A DNA stretch of 52,033 nucleotides from Macrostomum lignano (lineage: Eukaryota), in contig NIVC01003074.1 of the NCBI GenBank assembly GCA_002269645.1, positions 1 to 52,033 of the forward strand, read 5' to 3'. Position numbers and translations under genes: made by a program. Within the stretch, counting starts at the first letter, position 1. Each line of letters opens with the position of its first letter. A model generated the notes under the pieces. The model did no database searches and was not told the DNA's origin. It saw nothing but the letters and a program-made list of their open reading frames with translations. This document shows, piece by piece, positions 35,001 to 47,000 of the stretch.

Positions 35001-38000
35001 ATTCTTCGCTTAGTATCATTATTTGTCATACAGTTTAAACGCTATATAGTGAGATGGAAATTAGTGACTTAAATTAACTTTGCGTGCTTTTATTACAAAT
35101 AGAAAGGCACTGTGCACCGGCGTTAAAATTCCAAGTACACTCGTGCTCAAATGTACACAATTTCAGCGAGACTGCCGCTGTCCAGATGCTCGCAGCATTC
35201 TATCGCTGCAAGAGGTAAATGCAGAAGAGCTATCGATGGAAACACGAACCAAAACTATGGAAAGAAATCCTGCACCCACACCCGCACTGCGACCGGCGCC
35301 TGGTGGCAGGCGAGGACAAGCAGACGTGCCAGAATCACATCCGTCAGAATCTACAACAGGCGGGACTGTTGCGCCAACAGACTCAGGAACTTTGTGATCA
35401 AGGTCGACGGTCGAGTGTGCGCGTCCTACCGCTCGTCGAGAGCGTTCTCTGTGAGGACGTTCAGGTGCAACGCAGTTGGTCGCACAGTCCGCATCCAGAC
35501 GAGGAATCGAGTACCGCTGACTCTGTGCGAAGTGCAAGTGTTTGGACGTTATGCTAAAGGCCGATCGCGAAGCAGAAGTAAGAACAAAATAACCCTTTGC
35601 TCTTTGTATGACTTTAAAGTAGATTCTATAGGCATTTCGTCGCCGAAATACAAGCTAAATATTTACCTCCTTTAAATCCTTTTAGCTCCGGGAATGCGAT
35701 TCGTCGGCTGCTACATCGACAAGAAAAAGCGAGACCTACCAGTGATGGCCGGCTCCGGCTCGATGAGCATCCCGAAGTGCTACCGACTGTGCAGAGCAAA
35801 GAGATACGCCTACTTCGGTGTGCAGTACAGCAAGGAGTGCTGGTGCGGAAACAGCTACGGCAAGTACGGAAAGAGATCCAAGTCCGAGTGCAGGATGAAA
35901 TGCTCGGGTAAAAAGTCCACCTTCTGCGGATCGAGCTGGAGAAACAGCATCTACACCACTGGACTGCCAGCTCGAAGACGACCAAGAGTATGTAAGTGAT
36001 ACAACGCTAACTGTCTAAAACTGAGTAGCAGATGTAATTCTTCGCTTAGTATCATTATTTGTCATACAGTTTAAACGCTATATAGTGAGATGGAAATTAG
36101 TGACTTAAATTAACTTTGCGTGCTTTTACTACCAATAGAAAGCCATTGTACAGCGGCGTTAAAAGCCGAGAATACACACGTGCTCAAATGTACACAATTT
36201 CAGCGAGGCTGCCTCTGTCCAGATGCTCGCAGCACTCCGTCGGTTGGAACGGTAAATGCAGTAGAGCCATCGATGGAAACACAAACAAAACTATGGAAAG
36301 AAATCCTGCACCCACACCCGCACTGCGACCGGCGCCTGGTGGCAGGCGAGGACAAGCAGACGTGCCAGAATCACATCCGTCAGAATCTACAACAGGCGGG
36401 ACTGTTGCGCCAACAGACTCAGGAACTTTGTGATCAAGGTCGACGGTCGAGTGTGCGCGTCCTACCGCTCGTCGAGAGCGTTCTCTGTGAGGACGTTCAG
36501 GTGCAACGCAGTTGGTCGCACAGTCCGCATCCAGACGAGGAATCGAGTACCGCTGACTCTGTGCGAAGTACAAGTGTTCGGACGTTATGTAGGACGCACT
36601 CCAAAGCCGTCACGAGGTGAGTTTCTGTATTTTTAACTGGGAATGTGAGATTAATTTCGGCTTTACTTGCACCACTGTTAATCTGTATGTTTCGTTGAAT
36701 TTTCTTTGTTCAGATTTTTGTTTAATTGATCACCGACCGAATTTCAAAAAAGCATGAAAGTTATTCCAGCTGGAACGAAGGCTGAAGCGAATCTCACGTC
36801 GTACCTGTTCTTGCAAGCCCGCGCCGGAAGAGCGACGGCTCGGCTCTCTCGTCTTCGTCATTGACATCACAGGCAGCATGGGCAGGGTGATTAACGCCGT
36901 TCGGAGGAACATCCGAAAGATTCTCGCTGCAAACAGGCGCTTCAGTAACTACGTTGTCGCTACTTTCGGCGACCCTTATGTGAAGAACATGAAGAAGACC
37001 AAAGACGCTCGACAGGTGATTCGATTTCTCAATCGGCTTCGAGCATCCGGAGGTGGCGACTGTGCGGAGATGGCCATGTCTGGCGCACTGGACGCCGCAG
37101 CAGCTGCTGACCGCAACTCTGTCATGATGCTGTTCACCGACGCCTCGGCCAAGGACGCCCGACTGAAGGGTCGCGTATCGGCCAGGCTGAGGTCGAAAGG
37201 AATCAGGTTGTACACTGTCGCGAGCGGCAACCTTTGTCGGCGAGGCAGCGGACTTTACAAATCGTTGGCGAGAGGCTCAGGTGGCTACGTGGCGAGCCTG
37301 CGCTCCAGCTACTTCAACAAGGCACGGTTTATCATTTTCTTAAGCCTTTATGTTTTTAGCGACGCAATTGAATATTTTTCCTTGTCTGCCAAATGATTGA
37401 GAAAGTGATGAATTATTCCGAGATGTGAACTAAAGCTATCCCGTTAAATTTATTAGCTCTGAGCATTGGCTGCTTCGTGTAGTCGGACTTCTTGGGTGTG
37501 AAAAAAAGTTCGGCTGAATAATTTCATTTGCACGCCTTAAACAACAGGGCAACGATTTTACGTGATTTATTTTTAGGGACGATGAATTTTTTATGTCTTT
37601 TTCTTTATGTTTGTAGTTGATGGAGTTCGTGAGGCGAGCAGCAAAGGGAAGAATGAGCTTCAGCGCTTTCCCAGCCAACGTAGCAGCACTAAACAGTGCA
37701 CTTCGTGGGCGTAAGTATAATTTTTTGAAATTACCAATATACCAGCTAATAAAAAAATTTTTCATATTGATAAATTCTGACACTTTTAGGTTGCCGTTGT
37801 CGCAACATTAACCGCTCGATCTGTGTCCGAAAGAGTAAGAGCATCTCTATTATCAGTGTTTTGAAATACAATTTTTGTAAAACATGATTTACTTAAAAGC
37901 GCTTCGGTTAATCTCTCTTAGCTCCCGGATTGAGAAAAGTTGGCTGCTTTGTCGATGCGAAATCTAGAGATCTACCTGTTCTGGCTGGATCTGGCTCAAT

Positions 38001-41000
38001 GAGTGTCTACAAATGCTACAAACTGTGCAGGGCGAAGAAGTATTCTTATTTTGGCGTACAGTTCTCCAAGCAGTGCTGGTGCGGCAATCGCTACGGTCGA
38101 TACGGATCCAGGCCGGCTCGCGAATGCAGAATGAGGTGCTCCGGCGACAAGTCCGCGTTCTGCGGCTCTAGCTGGAGAAACACAGTCTACACCACTGGAA
38201 TTCCTTATAGAGCTATTAAAAGTAATATTAATAAACTGATTTTTCAGGCTACTCTTTTTTGTGGATAGATAAAATTCTTGGAACGCATTTTGCTAATCAT
38301 CTTTTACTTTAAATCCTAACAGCCCCAGGTTTAAAATACATCGGTTGCTACATCGACCGAGCTAGTCGCGACCTGCCAGTGCTTGCTGGCCGAGGATCCA
38401 TGAGCGTTGCTAAATGCTACAAACTCTGTCGAGCAAAGAAGTACCCGTATTTCGGCGTTCAGTACTCCAACCAGTGCTGGTGCGGCAACAGATATGGCCG
38501 GTACGGCGTGAGGGCTGCCAGAGAGTGCAAGATGCGCTGCAGCGGCGACTGGTCCAAGTTCTGCGGTTCCAGCTGGAGAAATAGGATCTATGCGACTGGA
38601 CTTCGCGCTCCCGCTATTGCTAGTGAGTTTGTTGCTGGATTTTTTTAACAAATCCGGAAGAGAAATTACATTGAACAGTTCTCGTGCCTAATCGATGACT
38701 CATTAGCAAGCAGATTCATTAGCATTTGCTGTTTGACGAGTGTATACTCATAAAATATTAGGCAGACATCTTTTTGGTACGTTTATGATCTCGTAAAGCA
38801 ATTATCTAGTAAAAGCTAGGCAAAATCAAATTTGACATCTAATCGAACAACAAAATGTTATAGCTCCCGGCTTAAGAAAGATTGGCTGCTTTGTTGATAA
38901 CGCCATCCGCGATCTGCCTAAGTTGGTGGGCTCGGGCGTCATGACCGTGCCGAGGTGCTATCAGCTCTGCAAGCGGGCCAAGTACGCATATTTTGGCGTG
39001 CAGCACTCAAAGCAGTGCTGGTGCGGCAACAGCTACGGTCGCTACGGAGCGAAACCAATGTCGCAGTGCAAGCAGCGCTGTAGCGGCAATCGCAAAACTT
39101 TTTGCGGTGGAAATTGGCGAAACATTGTCTACTCTACGGGACTGAGGTCTTCGAGGCAATGTAATTCAAGTTGTAAAATATTCTGTCTTAATTTGATGTT
39201 TTTTCACTGTGTTTATTTGCTTCAAAAATTTGAAAATCGATTTCAGTGCCGGGTATCAGGCATCTTGGCTGCTTTCTTGACAAAGGCAGCAGAGACTTGC
39301 GTAAATATGCTGGATCTGGTCGCATGACAGTGTCAAAGTGTTACAAACTCTGTCGAGGCAAGAGCTACATGTACTTTGGTGTTCAAAATGGCAACCAATG
39401 CTTCTGCGGCAATAGTTACGGTCGATACGGTGTCAGACGCATCACTGAGTGCAGAAAGCGTTGCAGCGGCGACAAGTCGACTTATTGCGGAGCCTCTTGG
39501 AGAAACAGCGTCTACGCTACCGGTGTAACTCCTCCAAAAATCCTAAGTAGGTTTCTGCGATGCTATCTATAATGCCAACTAATTTGGATTCTGTGTCAAC
39601 TTATACGAGTATATTTTCATTTTTGACTTTTTCCAGCACCAGGACTTCGATCTCTCGGATGCTACATCGATCGAAAGGCCCGAGATCTTCCAGTTTTGGC
39701 TGGCAGGGGCAGCTCGATGCGGATACCCGTCTGCTATAGGCTGTGCCGTGCCAAGAAATACTTGTACTTTGGAGTGCAACATTCTAACCAATGCTGGTGC
39801 GGCAACACTTACGGACGGTACGGCGTTAGGCCAAAGAAAGAGTGCCGTATGCGGTGCCGAGGTGACGGATCGACGTATTGCGGCTCGTCCTGGAGGAACA
39901 GCGTCTATGCCACTGGCCTAACAATGAACGATATTAGTAAGACTTTCTGCCAGTAATCTCTGTACTAATCGCATCCTATTTGCACTTATGCCATTTATTT
40001 TATGTTTTGCTGTTTAATTGCAGTGCCAGGGCTTCGCTACATCGGCTGCTTCCTTGACAGCGCCAACAGAGATCTGCCTAAGCTTGCCGGCAAAGGCAAG
40101 ATGAGAATTCAGAAGTGCTACCAGCTTTGCAGACAGAAGAACATGGCCTACTTCGGACTGCAGTACGGCAACCAGTGCTGGTGCGGCAATGAGTATGGGA
40201 AACACGGAGGTAGGAGGGCATCGGAGTGCAACAAGAGGTGCTCTGGAGACAGCAAACAGAAATGCGGCGCTTCTTGGAGAAACAGCGTCTACACTACTGG
40301 ACTTGGAAATCAGGGAGAAAGTAAGATGATAACTCCTTTATACTAAATTACGCTTGTATTTTCATAGACTAAGTAAGTAAAAAATACTTAAAAATCCTTT
40401 CAGCCAAGCTGCCACTGTCTCACTGCTCGCAGCACTCCACAACATGGAAGGCCCCTTGCATTAGAGCCATTGACGGTAACACTAACCAGCACTTCTTCAA
40501 GCACTCCTGCACCCACACTAAAACTGCCAAAGGCGCCTGGTGGCAGGCTAAGACTAAAAAGCTCGCCAGAATCACCGAGATCACCATTCACAACAGACAG
40601 GACTGTTGTGCGAAGCGACTCAATAATTTCGTTGTGAAGGTAGACGGTCGCGAGTGCGCCTCGTACCGGTCGTCGGCAGCTTTCTCCGTGCGAACTTTCT
40701 CGTGCCATCTGATTGGACGGGTCGTTCGAATTGAGACTAGAAATAAGGTGCCGCTAACTCTGTGCGAAGTGCAAGTCTTTGGACACTATGTCGTAGCGAG
40801 AGCCTGGCCTCCGGGTAAGCTCAAGAGAATATATATATATATCTCATACATATAACAAGCTATTTCCGAGAATTGAATGATTAGTCTATTAGTGTATTAT
40901 CAAAACAGGAAAGATCTGAAAAATTATTTTATAAGCGTTTTATGCAGTACCATTTGGTGTAATGGATCTAATGGATCTAAACTTAGTCGAACATAGACCA

Positions 41001-44000
41001 CCGATTATAGCTCGTACTTAACATCTTTTCAGCTAAAGGAGTCAGGTATCTTGGTTGCTACGTTGACAACAAAAAGCGAGACCTGCCTTTACTATTGAAC
41101 TCTCGTTCAAAGACTACCCGCAATTACTGTTACAAATCCTGCAAAGCACGTGGTTATCGCTATTTTGGTGTGCAGAACGGCAACCACTGCACGTGCGGCA
41201 ACTCGTACGGCCTGTTTGGTCGCGCTTCAGAGAAGAGCTGCCGATCGCTCTGTCAGGGCGAGAAGAGCACCTACTGCGGAGGTCCATGGAGAAACGCCGT
41301 CTACACAACCGGAGTCAGCAGACCGCTTGCTTCAAGTAAGATTGATTTTTCTTAATAACTTAAGTCACAGCGCCACAAAAGAAAAGATATGTGGCTTGCC
41401 ATTAAATTCATGACAATAGCTAACGTCGTTAAAGTTATATTTCAATATGAGCCAGTGAAAATTGAATTCAAAAGCATTAAAAAAACCATATATTTCAGCT
41501 TTTTAATTCATTTTGAGTCACCAAAATATCAAGCGCCTAAAATCATCATCAACTTCTCTTTCAGATAAGAGAGGGAATGATGATCTTATGCCAATCAAAG
41601 CTTCTAAATTGAGAGATAGTTGGTAGGGTTTTTGAATGATAAAACGTCTTGGTCACGAAGCTTTTATATGTGGTTTTATTATAGATCAACTATCCGCAAC
41701 TATTCTACCAGCTCGTGTCAAGAAGTCTAGCTTAGAAGCTAGACTCATCGTCGCTAAATCCAATATTCTATCCCTGATCTCACCTCTATTTTCATAACAC
41801 TTCATTTCAGCGCCGGGCATGACCAAGTTAGGATGTTTCATCGACAAGACTGCTCGCGACCTTCCAGTGCTGGGTGGCTCAGGCTCCATGAGCGCCGCCA
41901 AGTGCTATAAGCTTTGCAGAGGCAAGAAAAAGCGATTCTTTGGCATTCAGAATGGCAACGAGTGCAGGTGCGGCAATCACTACGGTCGCTATGGTAGGCG
42001 TTCACAAATCGAATGCAGAAAGCAGTGCACAGCAGACAAAACTGCCTACTGCGGTGCATCCTGGAGAAATATGATCTACACTACTGGACTGGATCTTGCT
42101 ACTTCTAGTAAGGAGGAATATTTCTCATAAATGAATTACACATACGCATACTTTGACCGAAGAGAAAACGAGAATTACATCGCTCTCGCATTATCTATAA
42201 TGCTTTATTTAGGCGTTGGGGTCCGAAAACTCGGTTGCTTCGTCGACAGAGCTAAGCGAGACCTGCCTCATCTGTACGCTGCTGGACACAGAACTAACAA
42301 AGCCTTCTGCTGGAGATACTGCAAAAATAGGGGCTACAAGTACTTTGGTCTGCAGTTTGGCAATCACTGTACATGCGGAAACACGTACGGTCGGTACGGA
42401 AAGGCTAAATCGTCTACCTGCTCCTCCGTGTGCAAAGGCGATCGGAGAAGAAAGTGCGGCGGTGCTTGGAGAAACGAGATTTTCACAACCGGACTGAGGT
42501 CCAGACGATACAAAAGTGAGATTCTCCAGCTTTACCTACTAAGATTTTAAACCAAAGTAAAAACAACATCGCGTACTATAAAAGTCGAACGCGCTAATCT
42601 AAATAAGTTAAAAAATTCACTTGCAGCACCTGGCATGCTCCATCTGGGTTGCTTTATTGACGCTAAGGCTCGCGATCTGCCCAAATTGGCTGGCAAGGGC
42701 CGCATGACTGTCGGAAAGTGCTACAACTTGTGCAGAAAGCTCAAGTACAGATTCTTTGGAGTGCAGTACGCAAGTCAGTGCTGGTGCGGTAACCACTACG
42801 GACGGTACGGTCTTCGCGACAAGAACGAGTGCCGCATGCAGTGCAGCGGCGACAAGACCACTTACTGCGGTGCAGGCTGGAGAAACGACATCTTCACAAC
42901 TGGTCTTTCGGCCAGGCCAAAAGGTAAGATTACTTAGTGTTGCAATGCCTATAATTTATATCGATTACTGAAACGAGCTATCATTTACGAAGCAACTATG
43001 ATTTTTGTCCACAGACTCGGCTTATCTTGGCTGCTTCATTGACAACGCAGCCCGCGACCTGCCCAAGGTGGTGAACGCTGGAGTGAAAGCCAACAGCCAC
43101 TACTGCATCAAGCTGTGCAAGCGTGCTGGCTACAAGTACGCCGGTTTGCAATACGCCAGTTACTGCACCTGCGGCAATAGCTACGGCTCTCTGGGTCGAG
43201 TCAGCAACAAGCAATGTAAAATGACGTGCAAGGGCGACAGGCGAGAGAAGTGCGGCGGACCGTGGAGGAACTCCGTCTACAGCACCGGACTCAAGACTAG
43301 AAAGGTGTCAAGTAAGTCTTCTTTTACACAAACTAACATAATGAACTTTTAGATTGTTAATTTTAAATGATCTTTGAGATAAATTTCAATTAATATCGTT
43401 GTTTTTAACAGCTCCGGGACTGAAGTACCTCGGCTGCTTCGTCGACAAAGCCACCAGAGATCTGAGACGCGAAGCTCCAAAAGGCCACATGAGCGTGCCC
43501 AAGTGCTACAGGTTCTGTCGAAAGCACAAGTACAAGTTCTTCGGAGTGCAATATGGCAACCATTGCTTCTGCGGCAATCACTATGGCCGATTCGGAATCA
43601 GACCGAACACGGAGTGCAGGATGCAGTGCAGTGGCGATAAGACTACTTACTGCGGTGCAGGCTGGAGAAACAGTGTGTACGCTACCGGCTTGGAGCTGGC
43701 TTCCACAGGTAAATATTTAATAAAAAGTCTACCAACACTGAAATTTCAATTTTTACATAATATCAATAAAATATAAAACGGTTTTTATTAAAGTGATGAG
43801 TGCTAGACATTTGAGCACGTGCTGACATCCATTGGATTCTGAATAATATTCAAAGCAACACCACCTTTCAGGAGCTGGAGTTCGCAAGCTCGGCTGCTAC
43901 GTCGACACAGCTAAGCGAGACCTGCCCCACCTGTACGCTGCTGGACACAAGACTAACAAAGCCTTCTGCTGGAGGTACTGTAAAGGCAAGGGTTACAAGT

Positions 44001-47000
44001 ACTTTGGACTGCAGTTCGGCAACCACTGTACATGCGGAAACACGTACGGTCGGTACGGTAGAGCAAAGGCGTCGTCATGCTCAGCAGTGTGCAAAGGCGA
44101 CCGACGAAGAAAGTGCGGCGGCACTTGGAGAAACGAGATTTTTACAACCGGACTGAGGTCCAAGAATGCTAAAAGTGAGTTATTGTTAGCTTTCCTACGT
44201 TTTAGCATGAGCTGCTTAATGTAGGCTCAACTTTTATTTTAACGTTCTTGGGCGTCCTCTGACTGTAGCTCAGCTTTTAGAACACAGCACTACTTTACAA
44301 AAGCCTGGGACAAAGAACATAGACAAATTAAACCCTCGCACTCCTCTTAGGTAAATTTACAGGTTCATATCGGTTTTCCATTCGATACAGAAAAAGAACA
44401 TAAGAGTGTTGAGTCTCAGTTCTCTCAATAAAAGAATATTGTTGTCAAAGTTAGTATCACTGCAGAGGCTTCATCCAACGGAATTTGCAGGTAAGCATTG
44501 GTGAAGTCGATGACGGCAAAAACGTTGCCCCGTCCAACTGGCTTAGGACGTCCTCGTTGCTTGGTGTGGTAGAGACCATGTCGTTTAACCAATTATTTAC
44601 TGTCACTTTATAATCCCCACGCAAACAAATCTTTCTATTCGGGTTTCTTACAGTCACGAATGGAGTAGACCATTTGCTCTGATCCACGGGCTTTAAGATC
44701 TTCTCCGCCACCAACCGTTCCAGTTCCAGCTTAACAGCATCACACATGCCGTAGCTGTCTGGTATTGGTCGTTGTTTAAAAAAACAATGGTGTAGCACCA
44801 TCCTTTAACGTGAGGTGCGCTCAAAATTAAGCAACTTAAAAGATGTTTAGATGAGGTTCCAGTGCGTGCATCCACTCGAGGCCATTAAAGATACTGGGAG
44901 CGTTTAGATTGTCTACCATGAATATCGGGAGGCTGCCGTCTTGCCTTGAAATTGCACGTTCACAATCGACTGTCCACATATCGGAACAACTCTTCCTTGG
45001 TAATCGTTGAAATTTCTGTCCGGTATTAGACTTCCGGTTTTCTCTGTTAGACCATCGAACAGTTTTCTAGAAATTAGCGAGGCATCTGGATTTGCCACGG
45101 TATTGAAAACCGTGTTGAAATCGGTCCCGTTAATGCGCAACTTTCTGTAGATTCTCTGACTGTCCCCTTGAAATAAGAACACTTGATCTCCATTGTCCCC
45201 TAGCTGCTTATCGACATCGTTCCGAACTTCCCCATGCATAACATAAGTCTGATAGAAAATGACCCGCTTGTAGGCTTACATCTTTGCGAAGATGTCTTGG
45301 GGTTTAGTGCTTTACAGACGGCTTTGAGATGTCCCACTTTTCTACAATATCCACACTTGAGCAGCTTGTCTCGACATTCCCTCTTCATGTGTACTTGCTT
45401 TCCACTGCAGAAGCAAGATATCTGTTTTCTTGCTTCTCAACGGTAGGCTCTTTCAGGCTGTTTTCATTGCCCAATTCCGGTGACGGGGTCGATTTCCCCC
45501 TGACTGGCGCATCTGTAATAGGCCTGAGTCCGCCATGTCCTCACCTCTTTACACAGATGCGCACGCTGTTGCAACAGCAGTGACCTTTTGCAGAGTTATT
45601 CCCGCGAGTTTCTCGGCCAATAGCTTGCGTAGAATATCTTATCTTTGTTCGAAAGTTCAAATATAAACTGGTCGCGAAGACGGTCCTTGACGTCGTTGGA
45701 ATCGCACTCGTCGGCCAGTTGATTCAGTCTAGGACTGTTCGACAAGGTATCCTCGTTGGGCTCCTGCCCTGTCCTGCGAAATACGTATCGGTAGGCGATT
45801 ACAGATTTCAGTGATTTTATCTTGTCACTCAGCAAGGTCTTCATGTCATCGTAGGACTTCTTCTCAGTATCGTCTGGCACGGCTGCATCTGCGAGAAGGT
45901 TACACATGCGCTTGCCAATAAGCGCTAGAAATGCGTCTTTCTGCTTTTCCTCCTTGAAGTCGTGAAATTTGCAGTGAATTTCGACTCTTCAAATCTACCT
46001 ATTCGAATCTTCACCATCTTCTAGTGTGTCCAGTGGGGAAAGCCTCGTCGCCATTGTTAGCTTTCTTCTTACGTTGTAGCATGAGCTGCCAATGTATTCT
46101 CAATCTTTATTTTCACGCTCAGCTTATAAATCACAACACTAAATTACAAATACGCTCGTATCTAAGGCATATAGAAAAACTAAACCCTCGCAGTTGTTAT
46201 TCAATACTTTATCATACATCGAACAAATTTAATGCTGCTTTGTTAAAAACTTGCAAAATGTGAAATTACACGGTGATGTACTTGTCAAACTCTCGTAAAA
46301 AAACAAACAGATGATAGCTTTGAACTATATCGCTCTCTTTTAGCACCAGGAATGCTACATCTCGGCTGCTTCGTCGACTCTAAAGCTCGCGACCTACCCA
46401 AATTAGCTGGCAAGGGCCGCATGACTGTCGGAAAGTGCTACAACTTGTGCAGAAAGCTCAAGTACAGATTCTTTGGAGTGCAGTACGCAAGTCAGTGCTG
46501 GTGCGGTAACCACTACGGACGGTACGGTCTTCGCGACAAGAACGAGTGCCGCATGCAGTGCAGCGGCGACAAGACCACTTACTGCGGTGCAGGCTGGAGA
46601 AACGACATCTTCACAACTGGTCTTTCGGCCAGGCCAAAAGGTAAGATTACTTAGTGTTGCAATGCCTATAATTTATATCGATTACTGAAACGAGCTATCA
46701 TTTACGACAGCAACTATGATTTTTGTCCACAGACTCGGCTTATCTTGGCTGCTTCATTGACAACGCAGCCCGCGACCTGCCCAAGGTGGTGAACGCTGGA
46801 GTGAAAGCCAACAGCCACTACTGCATCAAGCTGTGCAAGCGTGCTGGCTACAAGTACGCCGGTTTGCAATACGCCAGTTACTGCACCTGCGGCAATAGCT
46901 ACGGCTCTCTGGGTCGAGTCAGCAACAAGCAATGTAAAATGACGTGCAAGGGCGACAGGCGAGAGAAGTGCGGCGGACCGTGGAGGAACTCCGTCTACAG

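Noticed and set aside
41542-41785. Intronic C/D-box snoRNA or miRNA-like hairpins (ATGATGA at 41578, CTGA near 41774, short inverted repeats)
   Set aside because: The C-to-D spacing (~200 nt) is atypical, the stems are short, and no rRNA-complementary guide was recognised.
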